NCBI GenBank assembly: GCA_037310415.1
Contig: CP147780.1
Coordinates: forward strand, 608,001-672,000
Origin: Candidatus Atabeyarchaeum deiterrae
GTDB lineage: Archaea; Asgardarchaeota; Atabeyarchaeia; Atabeyarchaeales; Atabeyarchaeaceae
DNA: 64,000 nucleotides
Reading direction: 5' to 3'
Shown here piece after piece: positions 10,601 to 20,119 of the stretch. Within the stretch, counting starts at the first letter, position 1. Each line of letters starts with the position of its first letter. The translations under genes were made by a program, and so were the position numbers. A model generated the notes under the pieces. It did not search any database. It saw nothing but the letters and a program-made list of their open reading frames with translations, and was not told where the DNA came from.

Positions 10601-11490
10601 CGCGCATCGCCGGTGAAAGTCGAATCCCGACCGAGAATTGATCTGTAAACGCTCCACAGTTGGTATCCTTGTAGAAATTCGATCTTGGTGTTGAATCTGC
10701 TTTGCATTATGCTTCTAAGCTTTTGAGCTTTCTCTTCGGCTACTTCTGCAGCATGTTCTGCATCTGGACTAATTGCCAATGTGAAGAATTCCACTGATGA
10801 TAGACCTTTCTCTACTGTAAACTCGACACTGAAATCTGGAACATTATTCCATAAGGAAGTCATATGAGAAAAGTTGACTATCTCCCCAACCGTTGTCTCA
10901 AAATCCCTTTTTTCGTGTGTATGAATCATTAGTCCTTTACCTAGCGGCTCCAATGAATTTGTTGAGCGACTCGCCAACTTGAGAATGCACAAGGCGAAAT
11001 TCTTGTCCTTGCCCTTGAGCACAAGAGTCTTGCCACGGTAGACTGCCAAATCTGTGGCAGGATCCACGCACTCACCGTCTATTTTGATGTTTCTCCGAGA
11101 AAAAGACATGGCGACTGACCCAAGCAATGCGAGGAATCCGGAAACCAGAAGGAACTGGTTAAACAATACTACTAATGTACCAGAAGGCGAGGGCAATCCT
11201 GTTAATGAATTGCTCAGGCAGGCGGAAACAATACTAACAACTACTATACTTAGGGAGACTATTGCTGCACACTGCGACTTCTTCTTGATGTATTTCTCTT
11301 CAAATAGTCGGTAGGCGATGTATGACATGACCACGATTGGCGATGTCGTTAGAGTTATTCCCAGTGTCTGTTGGTATAGGGACGCTTTTTCCAAACCAAG
11401 GAGTTGCGTGAGCAATCTCGCGATAAGCAAAATGAATACATTGACCGCGAGCAAAGAGATTACTGCGTTTCTGCCGTTGATGATAAGCAC
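7693..11490 (-). CDS. Membrane-anchored HerA/VirB4-like (DUF87) ATPase
   Basis: About 4 N-terminal TM helices, Walker A GETGFGKT, Walker B LIIDDA, ISTQRP motif, long C-terminal extension. Confidence 0.8.
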   Translation of the reverse strand: MLIINGRNAVISLLAVNVFILLIARLLTQLLGLEKASLYQQTLGITLTTSPIVVMSYIAYRLFEEKYIKKKSQCAAIVSLSIVVVSIVSACLSNSLTGLPSPSGTLVVLFNQFLLVSGFLALLGSVAMSFSRRNIKIDGECVDPATDLAVYRGKTLVLKGKDKNFALCILKLASRSTNSLEPLGKGLMIHTHEKRDFETTVGEIVNFSHMTSLWNNVPDFSVEFTVEKGLSSVEFFTLAISPDAEHAAEVAEEKAQKLRSIMQSRFNTKIEFLQGYQLWSVYRSILGRDSTFTGDARGRLLKIERIQGTDVRYVAVSALKGRANPDSTTGMPKNQVEQFISTFTRERFTASMTIHLEATKPPSIASESRLIEKAKTEPNMRLLLELDEKKREASEDRNAQLSGYWKISAYVAYRGETPEETKSMQEKGDACIEAIYSNPGVGIECEKLKGKHVAKHLTNLLFRQTIGFTTLNASSRVAATLILLPEQHVAGIPETSIPAFHVPSMEELEDGELIIGTVLDGENEICPMRIKLQDLKLHTVIFGETGFGKTRLIMKILENLSRYDIAWTLIEMKGEYKPLVKSVDNVVYLKPASKTAALKISLFDPEMEKPDVHAKKIFTILKETFSTLFTDQNRELSAQMERVFYEVLVTYITQKTSPDKRDQEHGEERDQPIRQRSSEDKTTRNWSGFNEWLESYAKRSGSASIPQINSTIQALLNRLYSFTRTPLSEVFNQDESNVNFNDLIKRRAIIDLSEIKTNGTGEDLRLISSIITKYVATAAQQRGIQDNLKHILIIDDALDIVPEILTKRTTAETSITEQMVLLLRATGQGVIISTQRPNISQNILANSATKIFLRTTVDGEKAAKWLNLNEEQTNYLKAMPKMEAIITTPKHSKAIRIRTCEINPPKVSNRDIITNNMVNYPIIYDAETAKPNPAEHNQSITAHDPETSILKSRAEEAYQAGDYKEALRTYIKAIEAMKDSKQQTKQLQNDKHELETESLSNNSPRSTFTYNQQQTSHTPNAYQPPTPSNPPMNTPPPTLREEQPEHQHVTRTNLSQRSLTPEETQLWHDVKQAFKHQHEIIDETILQRRLNIKTKEQLIKHIEPLIAKDLIGDVRAPDYQNPQATTRIYYQVTDHENRNILQEYITTTIHKDLRNKGINTMWIDQNMELLTTTTNNNQSQYVITVWTNNTMNPSTTTAKIGTIRQELQKEQIKGLIIITPWKKDATKLQRTLAFLNLRGITPLPFNENETNKLVNHITVGALLYT

Positions 11491-11627
11491 CCGTAATTCT
11501 AGTATAAAAGCAGCTGGTATTAGAACCCCTCATTTGGCAGAGACGGTCCCAAAGGCAGAATGAAGAAAGAGAGAACCTGTGGACAAAGTACACGCAAGCG
11601 TGGTCGACTTTTTTCCTTATTCTCGAT

Positions 11628-13424
11628 CTATGCCGTGGCAGCTATGCTTGATGTTGACTTGCTTAGTAGAGATTCAAACTGCTGATCCATTCTTTTCTCA
11701 ACTTCGTCAAAGACTTCTTTGATTTTTGATTGCTCAACTATTTTGAGTCGAGCTATTTCGTCGTAGGTGCCTAGCTTAAGCACCTCACGAATTGGTGCAC
11801 CTAGATTAACCGCCCTTTTCATGTTCTCGTAGAATTTGATTACTGCTCTCAGTAACCTGTAGGACTTTGTTGGATCACAATATGAGTCGACTGGATGCAG
11901 GGCTGATTGCATCAAGTAGTCTTCTCTGATCATTCGGGCCGCCTCCAAGATCACCTTCTCAGTTTCAGGCAACGCGTCAGGCCCCACAAGTTGAACGATT
12001 TCCTTGAGTTCCTCTTCCCTTTGCAGCAAGGTCATTGCCGTCTCCCTTATTGAAGCCCATTCTGGGCTGACTTTGGCTTCGAACCATTCTCTTAGGTTAT
12101 CCTGGTATAGGCTGTAGCTTTGAAGCCAGTTTATCGCAGGGAAGTGCCTTCGGGAGGCTAGGTCCTTGTCAAGCGCCCAGAAGACCTTAACAATCCTGAG
12201 TGTGTTCACCGTGACTGGTTCTGAGAAGTCCCCGCCTGGTGGACTAACTGCTCCAGTTACACTAATGCTACCAATGCGCTCCTTGGGCCCTAGAATCACA
12301 ACTCTTCCAGCCCTCTCATAGAACTCGGACAGCCTGCTCGCGAGGTATGCGGGATACCCCTCTTCGCCTGGCATCTCTTCAAGACGACCTGATATCTCCC
12401 TTAGAGCTTCGGCCCACCTTGAAGTGCTGTCTGCCATTAGAGCAACATCGTAACCCATGTCACGGAAGTACTCAGCCATGGTGATTCCAGTGTAAATGCT
12501 TGCCTCTCTCGCTGCCACCGGCATGTTACTGGTATTTGCTATCAGCACCGTGCGCGCCATCAGAGGCTCGCCAGATCTCGGGTCAGTCAGCTTGGGGAAC
12601 TCCTCTAGAACTTCTGTCATTTCGTTTCCCCTTTCCCCGCACCCGACATAGATTATTATCTTAGCATCGGCCCATTTGGCCAATTGGTGCAGCATCACGG
12701 TTTTTCCTGTCCCGAATCCTCCAGGAATGGCCGCAGTTCCACCTTTTGCAGTCGGGAAGAATGTATCTATGATCCTTTGACCAGTAACCAATGGTGTATC
12801 GGTACTCAACTTAAACTTAATGGGACGTGCTCTTCGAACAGGCCAAGTTTGAAGGAGCGCTATTTTATTCTCTCCACCGTCAGCACTCTTAACAGTGGCT
12901 ATTGTGTCAACCAGTTTGTATTTTCCCTCATCCGCAACTTCAACTAACTCGCCTGACATACCGTAGGGAACAATTATCCTGTGTGTTACAAGTTTCGTTT
13001 CTGGAATTTCACCAACTGGTGTTCCAGGCTCCACCTTTTCACTTTTTCTCAACAATGGAATGAAATGCCACTCAGTGTCGCGGGGCAGTGCCTCCGTTAC
13101 GACGCCTCTCCTTATGAAGTCGCCAACAGCTTCCTTGATTCTAGGCAGCGGCCGCTGAATGCCATCAAAGATCTGACCGATCAGACCCGGACCCAATTCA
13201 ACTGACAATGGTCGCCCTGTAGCGATAACAGCTTCCCCCGGTTTGATCCCAGCGGTCTCCTCGTAAACCTGAATGGTGCAAACATCTCCAGATACCTTGT
13301 TCACTTCTCCGATTAATCCTTCGTCCCCTACTCTGCAGACCTCGTACATCTTAACACCGCGGAGACCTTCGGCATCAACGACTGGTCCTGAGACCCTGAT
13401 TATTTTACCATTGATTTCTGACAC
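11628..13424 (-). CDS. atpA: A/V-type ATP synthase subunit A
   Basis: [31 protein letters not shown] and EEGYPAYL motifs; no intein. Confidence 0.98.
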   Translation of the reverse strand: MSEINGKIIRVSGPVVDAEGLRGVKMYEVCRVGDEGLIGEVNKVSGDVCTIQVYEETAGIKPGEAVIATGRPLSVELGPGLIGQIFDGIQRPLPRIKEAVGDFIRRGVVTEALPRDTEWHFIPLLRKSEKVEPGTPVGEIPETKLVTHRIIVPYGMSGELVEVADEGKYKLVDTIATVKSADGGENKIALLQTWPVRRARPIKFKLSTDTPLVTGQRIIDTFFPTAKGGTAAIPGGFGTGKTVMLHQLAKWADAKIIIYVGCGERGNEMTEVLEEFPKLTDPRSGEPLMARTVLIANTSNMPVAAREASIYTGITMAEYFRDMGYDVALMADSTSRWAEALREISGRLEEMPGEEGYPAYLASRLSEFYERAGRVVILGPKERIGSISVTGAVSPPGGDFSEPVTVNTLRIVKVFWALDKDLASRRHFPAINWLQSYSLYQDNLREWFEAKVSPEWASIRETAMTLLQREEELKEIVQLVGPDALPETEKVILEAARMIREDYLMQSALHPVDSYCDPTKSYRLLRAVIKFYENMKRAVNLGAPIREVLKLGTYDEIARLKIVEQSKIKEVFDEVEKRMDQQFESLLSKSTSSIAATA

Positions 13425-13632
13425 AGCGGTTCACCTTAGTGAATTAGATTCGAGGTCATCTGGATAAGCAATAGTGGAGATGGATTAGATCACCCTTAAA
13501 ACAGTTACGGCAAGTCAAACTTATTTAAAGATTGTGAAGACGCTCTCCCCTTTGAGTCGTCAGCCATCGACTACATGATGGAGGGTTCATATATCATCAT
13601 CTCTAAGCAATTGTTTTAGAGGATAGAGTATC

Positions 13633-13980
13633 ATGCATCTCTCTGTTGAGAGACTTATGAGCACAGTTGCACTCCTGTCTTTGGCGATGGCAATTGCGCC
13701 CCGACTCTTCGTTGCTGGCTCGATATCTTCTCAGTCTCTTTACAGCCCAGTCGGCGAAGTATTGGATGATCTTCTTAGAGTGTGGATTGTTAACCTGATT
13801 GTGATCGCGCTTTCGGTGGATGATACGTCTCTTTCTCTGAGTATCATCCCCTTCCTATTCATATTTCCAGCTACACTTATAGTCTGTATGGCTGACAGTC
13901 AGGCGTTTTTGAGAATCATGGGATTGGCCCTTTTGACCATTGTGTTCGCTATAGCTCGGTACGTAGCCAATCTGGTTTAA
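13633..13980 (+). CDS. Hypothetical membrane protein
   Basis: 115-aa hydrophobic ORF filling the gap between atpA and the next gene. Confidence 0.4.
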   Translation: MHLSVERLMSTVALLSLAMAIAPRLFVAGSISSQSLYSPVGEVLDDLLRVWIVNLIVIALSVDDTSLSLSIIPFLFIFPATLIVCMADSQAFLRIMGLALLTIVFAIARYVANLV

Positions 13981-14163
13981 GGTCTTTTGAAGCCTGAGCC
14001 ATCTAGTCTGAGTTGGATTGTTCACTTTTATGCCACCCTCTTCAAACATTTAAAGTACCAGTCTACTGTGATTGTGGAATCAGTGTCTCGGTGGAGGTCT
14101 GAACTTCGCGCAAAGATAGGGGAACGAATAGAAGCCAGTCAGCCTCTAAGGACGTGAATAGAG

Positions 14164-14475
14164 GTGATATTGAAACTGACGAAGACTGCTCCCCTAGACA
14201 TAGAGGAAGTGCTTGCATCAAAGAGCAGAATCAGGATACTTAGAGTGTTGGCTATGAAGGGACCTCTTAACATCACTGAGATCAGAAAGTGCACAAAACT
14301 TAACTACAAATCCATATCCAGAGCCTTAGAGGCTCTCAAGCAGATGAGAGTAATCGGAGAACTATCCATAGATCGAACGCGCAACTTCCGAGTGAAAGTA
14401 GAGAATGCCGAGACCTCGGCGCTGGTGGAACTGATCAAACGCCTCGCCAATCTTGAGAGAACTCGTAGTGGATGA
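14164..14475 (+). CDS. Winged-helix (ArsR-like) protein
   Basis: IEEVLASKSRIRILRVL...LNITEI; similar to the protein at 61400-61777. Confidence 0.7.
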   Translation: MILKLTKTAPLDIEEVLASKSRIRILRVLAMKGPLNITEIRKCTKLNYKSISRALEALKQMRVIGELSIDRTRNFRVKVENAETSALVELIKRLANLERTRSG

Positions 14476-14630
14476 ATAGAACAGGAAAACAGATCCTAGA
14501 GCAGATGAACCTCATCTGCCTGAGTAGTTTACACCCAGCTAGCACCTAAAATATAAGACCTAAGAGCATCCTTATCAAATTGCGAGACAGATCTCCAAAG
14601 ACTCTTTCAAACATACTGGAGGGATAACTC

Positions 14631-15608
14631 ATTACAGAGGAATCTGATATTCAGGAAGAGAATTCAAAAGGCGTTAAGACTTTGACCGATCTCCCCGGTG
14701 TCGGTCCCGCAATCGCCAAGAAACTAGTTGAAGCAGGGTACCGCCGAGTAGAATCAATAGCAGTAGCAGCAGTCCAAGAATTATCAAAGATAGCGGACAT
14801 AGGCGCTAACACAGCTCAGAAGATCATAGAAGAGGCACGTAAGGTTCTCGAAATCGGCTTCGAGACAGCAGAAGAAATCTTTAAACGCAGAAAGAATGTA
14901 GGGCGAATCATCACAAGCTCGAAGAACCTTGACACACTCCTGGGCGGAGGAGTTGAAACTCAGTCAATAACTGAAGCTTACGGCGAATACAGAACTGGAA
15001 AAACCCAGATCGCTCACCAGTTATCTGTAAACATACAACTTCCAGTCGAAAAAGGCGGACTGGAAGCCGGAGCACTCTATGTAGATTGTGAAGGAACCTT
15101 CAGACCAGAGCGCATCTACCAAATGGCGCTCGGACAAAAACTCGACCCAACCAAGGTTCTCAAGAACATAATAATCGCAAGAGCTTACAATTCCGACCAC
15201 CAAGTCCTGCTGGTTCACCAATCCGAAGAATTCGTTGAAGAGAAGAACATCAGGTTGATAGTGGTCGATTCAATAGTCGGGCACTTCCGCGCCGAATATA
15301 TTGGGCGTGAAAGATTAGCAGAGCGCCAACAGAAACTAAACAGACATCTGCATGAACTGCAAAGGCTCGCCGACATACATGGAGTCGCAGTATTCGTTAC
15401 GAACCAAGTCATGGCTAAACCAGACGTTTTCTTCGGAGACCCCACTCAACCAGTTGGTGGTCACGTACTTGCACACGTGCCTCAGACACGGCTTTACCTC
15501 AGAAGATCTAAGGGAAACATAAGAATCTGCAGACTAGTCGATAGTTCATATCTACCGGAAGGCGAAGCAGTCTTCGTGATCACAGAAGAAGGAATAAAAG
15601 ACCAGTAG
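14631..15608 (+). CDS. radA: DNA repair and recombination protein RadA (probable AUU start)
   Basis: HhH LPGVGP, GEYRTGKTQ, VVDS, TNQV and GGHVLAH motifs; GGAGG lies 8 nt before in-frame ATT at 14631. Confidence 0.97.
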   Translation: MTEESDIQEENSKGVKTLTDLPGVGPAIAKKLVEAGYRRVESIAVAAVQELSKIADIGANTAQKIIEEARKVLEIGFETAEEIFKRRKNVGRIITSSKNLDTLLGGGVETQSITEAYGEYRTGKTQIAHQLSVNIQLPVEKGGLEAGALYVDCEGTFRPERIYQMALGQKLDPTKVLKNIIIARAYNSDHQVLLVHQSEEFVEEKNIRLIVVDSIVGHFRAEYIGRERLAERQQKLNRHLHELQRLADIHGVAVFVTNQVMAKPDVFFGDPTQPVGGHVLAHVPQTRLYLRRSKGNIRICRLVDSSYLPEGEAVFVITEEGIKDQ

Positions 15609-15656
15609 AGCCCCGTGAGGGTTCGCACTTCATTTTCTCTGCTCGAAAATCAAGCA

Positions 15657-15766
15657 TGGCGGGCCCGGAGGGATTTGAACCCACGACCACCGGCTGTCCG
15701 CAGATGCGCCAATTATCTCCAAGCACTTCGCAGGCCGGCGCCCTATCCTGACTAGGCCACGGGCCC
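15657..15766 (-). tRNA. tRNA-Arg(GCG) with 32-nt intron at 37/38 (15696-15727)
   Basis: Cloverleaf with CCA end; BHB helix CUGC/GCGG, bulges GAA and ACA. Confidence 0.95.
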
Positions 15767-15970
15767 TTCACGAGACAATTCAGTTAAAGACTAGATCGGT
15801 CAGAGTTTAATACCTTTTCTTTCTCAGAAAGCAACTCTCCGCAAATCCCTAAAAGCAATTATTGCAATACCAGTACCATAACGGGAGTAGTTACTTTCAT
15901 CCAGGCTAAGCTTCACCTTCTTCCTACAGAAAGACTGACTCCCACCCAGCACTGAGGAGTTGTAAGCGGT

Positions 15971-16729
15971 TTGGAGGAAGAGACACCATCAAGCACCTCA
16001 CACTTGAAGGAGATAACGCTGAGAATAAGAGTCGTTGAGTTTCTGAAACTGCTAAAGAGAACTCACACCTACAGAGAACTATCGCGCGCTTCGGGGTTAC
16101 CAGTTACCGTGCTAAACAGGTACATCAAAGGAAGAGTAATACCAAGTCAAGGCAGAGCCAATCTGTTGCTCAGAACCTTTCGAGACATGTTCGATCTGTC
16201 ATCGGAAGTGAAAGGCAGAATTGTTTTCGACAAGAATGGATATCTTGACAATACTCCCCTCCTCAGTGACACGCTGCTATCCCGGGCCATAGCAGGAGAA
16301 GTCGCAAAGAGATTTGCAAACAAGAAGATAACCAAGGTACTATGTCCCGCCGTAGACGGAATCCCCATCGCGGTTCATATCGCAAATGAACTCGGCGTCG
16401 ACTTAATCATCGCTAAGAAGGCAAAGGAGGTTGGCATTGAGAGTTTTATTGAGGAGAGTTATATCCCAAGTTATTCGGGAGTGATGATGAGTCTTTATCT
16501 CCCAAAGAAAGCATTGTCATCCAAGGACAAGGTAGTCATAATCGATGACGTCATTCGGTCAGGAGAAACCCAACGAGCACTAATCAATTTGGCTGACAAA
16601 GTTGGAGCAGCAGTCGTGGGGATATTCATCTTAGTCTCCATAGGCAACTTATGGGAAACAGAGCTGAAATTACCTTCTACGTGCCAGATGGAGATCCTTG
16701 TGAAACTGCCCGTACCGACTCATTCCTGA
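15971..16729 (+). CDS. HTH plus phosphoribosyltransferase protein (PurR/APRT-like)
   Basis: N-terminal HTH; PRPP-binding motif VIIDDVIRSGET. Confidence 0.85.
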   Translation: MEEETPSSTSHLKEITLRIRVVEFLKLLKRTHTYRELSRASGLPVTVLNRYIKGRVIPSQGRANLLLRTFRDMFDLSSEVKGRIVFDKNGYLDNTPLLSDTLLSRAIAGEVAKRFANKKITKVLCPAVDGIPIAVHIANELGVDLIIAKKAKEVGIESFIEESYIPSYSGVMMSLYLPKKALSSKDKVVIIDDVIRSGETQRALINLADKVGAAVVGIFILVSIGNLWETELKLPSTCQMEILVKLPVPTHS

Positions 16730-17214
16730 CCTATTCTTAAGAGAACTTTGCGCAACAATCCCACCAAAGAAATGATACCTTTCATAACTGGATCAGAAAT
16801 ACCTCTCCCAAACTCGAGTCTCAATGGTTCGATCCCTAGCACAACAACCTTTGCGTCCAACTCATTCTGCAAGTAGTCAATAAGAAGCGACAAAGGAAGA
16901 ACATGTGTAGAGAAACTCAAACCAGCTATGTCATCCTTCTCTACTATCCCAACGGAACCAGGCTGCAGCCCCATCTCCGCAACATCGACTATTAGTACAT
17001 GAGAAGGGTGATACTTACGAATGGCGGCAGTAAAATTCTCTGGTGTCGCCCCAGCTTCTATGATACGTACACCTCTCTGCAGATACCCTTCCTCCTTCAA
17101 CCGCCTAGCCAGCTCAACACCGCCTCCATCGTCGCCCTTAAGTTCGTTTCCCACACCTAGCACAAGCAGACGACTAGCCCCCCGTAATCTTTCTAACAAT
17201 ACATCTTCAAGCAA
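16720..17214 (-). CDS. hycI: Hydrogenase maturation endopeptidase (HycI-like)
   Basis: LGVGNELKGDDGGG, TPEN, VD and STHVLPL motifs. Confidence 0.9.
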   Translation of the reverse strand: MLEDVLLERLRGASRLLVLGVGNELKGDDGGGVELARRLKEEGYLQRGVRIIEAGATPENFTAAIRKYHPSHVLIVDVAEMGLQPGSVGIVEKDDIAGLSFSTHVLPLSLLIDYLQNELDAKVVVLGIEPLRLEFGRGISDPVMKGIISLVGLLRKVLLRIGQE

Positions 17215-17318
17215 CTACTCGAACACCACTAAACATTAAAAAGGCATCATCGCTGTTTTAATCTTGACCTTAACCCCGAGTCTCACTTTATAGGTTAACC
17301 TCCAAGAGGAAGAGCAAA

Positions 17319-17915
17319 ATGGCAGAAGAACCTTTTGGCGAGAAAAGCGAGGAAGAACCAGAAAAACAGGAAATTGAGGAAGCCCCGATTCCAGAGAAAC
17401 CCAAGGCTTTTCTCTCTGATTTACAGACCATCATAAAGAAAGGCGTGGAAGACGTATACAACCGAGGTTTCTACGGCACAAAACAAGAAGACGGAACGCT
17501 ACTGCTATCACCAGTAGAGACCATGTTCTCTCTTGAAAGAAACAGAATCGAATTACACGACGAGAGGACTGGAACTCAGATAGATCTCTACGAGTACCTG
17601 CAAAGACTATATGACAAACACCAAGATCTGTGGACACAGTACCTAGTCTACAGAGACTTAAGAAGCAGAGGATACATCGTGAAGCAAGGTCTCAGTGAGG
17701 AGATCCCTTTCAGAGTGTATCCGAGGGGGAGCGAAATCGGCAAAGACACCTCCAAGTATCTGATCTACATAGTTAAAGAAGGCGTACCGATCGAGTTAAG
17801 CAAACTCGACAAAGCAACAACGACAGTAAAAGGCATAGGAAAGAAACTAATACTCGCCGTACTCAACAGACAAGGGGAAGCAACTTATTACCAGATCTCA
17901 CAAGTAAGCATTTGA
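17319..17915 (+). CDS. endA: tRNA-intron endonuclease, probably the structural (non-catalytic) subunit
   Basis: YLVYRDLRSRGYIVK..G..FRVY and KKLILAV motifs; catalytic Tyr and His positions replaced (GLSEE, KDTS). Confidence 0.88.
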   Translation: MAEEPFGEKSEEEPEKQEIEEAPIPEKPKAFLSDLQTIIKKGVEDVYNRGFYGTKQEDGTLLLSPVETMFSLERNRIELHDERTGTQIDLYEYLQRLYDKHQDLWTQYLVYRDLRSRGYIVKQGLSEEIPFRVYPRGSEIGKDTSKYLIYIVKEGVPIELSKLDKATTTVKGIGKKLILAVLNRQGEATYYQISQVSI

Positions 17916-17923
17916 AATTCAAA

Positions 17924-19072
17924 CTAAGGTTTCTTGGCTATGAATGAACTAGGCATTTTGATAACATCAGCCTTCACGATTCGATCCCTGATTTTCACCC
18001 CAACAATCGCACCCTTCTTCGCAAACTTCCTCTTCACGTACGCCACCGCTATTCCCTTTTCAAGAACAGGAGAGTACGTCCCACTCGTGACACGACCGAT
18101 CACTTGCCCTGCCCGAACGATATCGTAGCCACTTCGCGGAATTCCTTTGTCTAGGAGAATCAATCCGATTCGAAGACGCCTAATTCCCATCCGTCTCTGT
18201 CTGAGTAACGCTTTCTTACCAATGAAAGATTTTTTCTTGAACTTCACGAAGAATTTCAATCTAGCTTCCAAGGGGGTTGTATGCTCATCAATATCCTGAC
18301 CATACAAGGGCATACCAGCCTCCAGTCTAAGAGTATCTCTGCAGCCCAATGCACAGGGCTTTATCCCGAATTCCTGCCCTGCGCTCAATATGGCTTCGAA
18401 TAGCTTAACCGCCTTAGCAGATTCATGAAATGGAACGCCGAACACACAAACCTCGAACCCGTCCTCACCAGTATATCCCGTTCTCGAGATCAGAACATTA
18501 AGCCCTCCAAGCTCAGTTTTCTTCACCGCAAATCTGGAAATCTCGTCAAGCTTCTCTGCAGTTAATTTCTGTAGAGCCGCTTCAGCCTTCTGCCCTTGCA
18601 CCGCAAACATGGGAGTAGAATCCGAGATGTTTTCGACTAGGACGTCGTACTTCTTGCTGCGTTTCATGACCCAGTCGAGATCCTTTTCTCTGTTAGAAGC
18701 ATTTACAACAACATAGAATTCATGGCGATCATATCGATACACGAACAGGTCATCAATTATGCCGCCATCAGGCCTGCACATCAAAGTGTACTCTGAGAGT
18801 CCCGTCTTTAGTCGTGTGAAATCATTCGTGGTCAAGTGGTTAATAAAGCGACGTGAATCTGGCCCAGTCACCTTGAATCTACCCATATGAGTTATGTCGA
18901 AGATGCCAACAGATTTTCTTACTGCCATGTGTTCTGCGACAATTCCAGTATTGTCGTACCAGAGAGGCATTTGAAAACCTGCGAATACGCTCATATGTCC
19001 CCCGTGAGAGACATGCCAGTTGTAAAGGTGGGTCTTCCGAGCCTCTTGCCCTTTGGACAAGGCAATCACCAC
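17924..19072 (-). CDS. gcvT: Glycine cleavage system aminomethyltransferase T
   Basis: FDITHMG, SRTGYTGEDGFE and RDTLRLEAGMPLYG motifs. Confidence 0.97.
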   Translation of the reverse strand: MVIALSKGQEARKTHLYNWHVSHGGHMSVFAGFQMPLWYDNTGIVAEHMAVRKSVGIFDITHMGRFKVTGPDSRRFINHLTTNDFTRLKTGLSEYTLMCRPDGGIIDDLFVYRYDRHEFYVVVNASNREKDLDWVMKRSKKYDVLVENISDSTPMFAVQGQKAEAALQKLTAEKLDEISRFAVKKTELGGLNVLISRTGYTGEDGFEVCVFGVPFHESAKAVKLFEAILSAGQEFGIKPCALGCRDTLRLEAGMPLYGQDIDEHTTPLEARLKFFVKFKKKSFIGKKALLRQRRMGIRRLRIGLILLDKGIPRSGYDIVRAGQVIGRVTSGTYSPVLEKGIAVAYVKRKFAKKGAIVGVKIRDRIVKADVIKMPSSFIAKKP

Positions 19073-19264
19073 TAATAGAACCTTGGGATTTGGTTATTAA
19101 CGATTTCTCATGAGTTTCCTGTTACAGAAGCTTAAGACAATTGTAAGGTGAGGAAAAGGAAAAGAGTAAGAGCGCTTCTTCACTAGACCCCGAAAGACAG
19201 ATGTCACTTCGTGTACCATATTTCAACCGTTGTTGGTTGTGCCCTGAAACAGGAGGAGATAAGA

Positions 19265-20077
19265 CTGGAGATAATCCCCATACATCCTGGCATGATAGAA
19301 TTCAATGATAACGTGATCGAGAGAATGCTCCAAGCACTGAACAAAGATGGATTTAGAATTATGGACAGCGACATTCTAGCCGTCACTTCAAAGGTGATTT
19401 CAGTATCAGAAGGACGAGTCGTAGAGTTAGACAAGGTTACTCCTTCCAGAAAAGCTTACAGTCTGTCCAGGAAATACAAAGTACTGCCCGAGATAAGCGA
19501 ACTCATAATTAGAGAGGCGGATATGATAATTGGAGGCATGGATGGAGTCATCCTGACTATCAAGAACAACTCACTTATAGCGAACGCTGGCATAGACAAA
19601 AAGAACGCTGGGCAAGGAAAAGTCGTTCTGCACCCACGTGATTCACCCAAAGCAGCTAAACGCATAAGGACAGATATCCTAAACAAGACAGGGAAAAAAA
19701 TCGGAGTCATCATAGCCGACACCAGAACCCAGCCTCTTAGAATAGGAGTTATCGGAATAGCTCTAGCTGTTAGTGGCTTCGAGCCAATAGTTGACGAAAG
19801 AGGCAGATCGGATCTTTTTGGCAGACCACTGCAGGTGACTAAGAGAGCGTTAGCAGACCAACTGGCCACAGCCGCAGAGATCTTGATGGGTGAAACAAAC
19901 GAATGCACGCCAGCTGTTCTGATCAGAGGTGCACCCGTGACCTTGAATGATCTAACACCATTGCCCAAGATGCAATACGTACCCCCTGATGAGTGTTTCT
20001 ACACAAAGATACTCTCCAGACTAAGAAGAAGATCACAGAGCAAAGACGTCAAACCACACAGAGATAGAAATGCATGA
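19265..20077 (+). CDS. cofE: Coenzyme F420-0:gamma-glutamyl ligase family protein
   Basis: TSKVIS, ANAGID, PLR.G, DLFGRPLQVT and ADQLA motifs; start uncertain (CTG 19265 after GGAGG). Confidence 0.88.
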   Translation: MEIIPIHPGMIEFNDNVIERMLQALNKDGFRIMDSDILAVTSKVISVSEGRVVELDKVTPSRKAYSLSRKYKVLPEISELIIREADMIIGGMDGVILTIKNNSLIANAGIDKKNAGQGKVVLHPRDSPKAAKRIRTDILNKTGKKIGVIIADTRTQPLRIGVIGIALAVSGFEPIVDERGRSDLFGRPLQVTKRALADQLATAAEILMGETNECTPAVLIRGAPVTLNDLTPLPKMQYVPPDECFYTKILSRLRRRSQSKDVKPHRDRNA

Positions 20078-20119
20078 GGTTATCTGCTGAAGCGATTTAC
20101 AAGCGGGTGAAGAAGGAAG

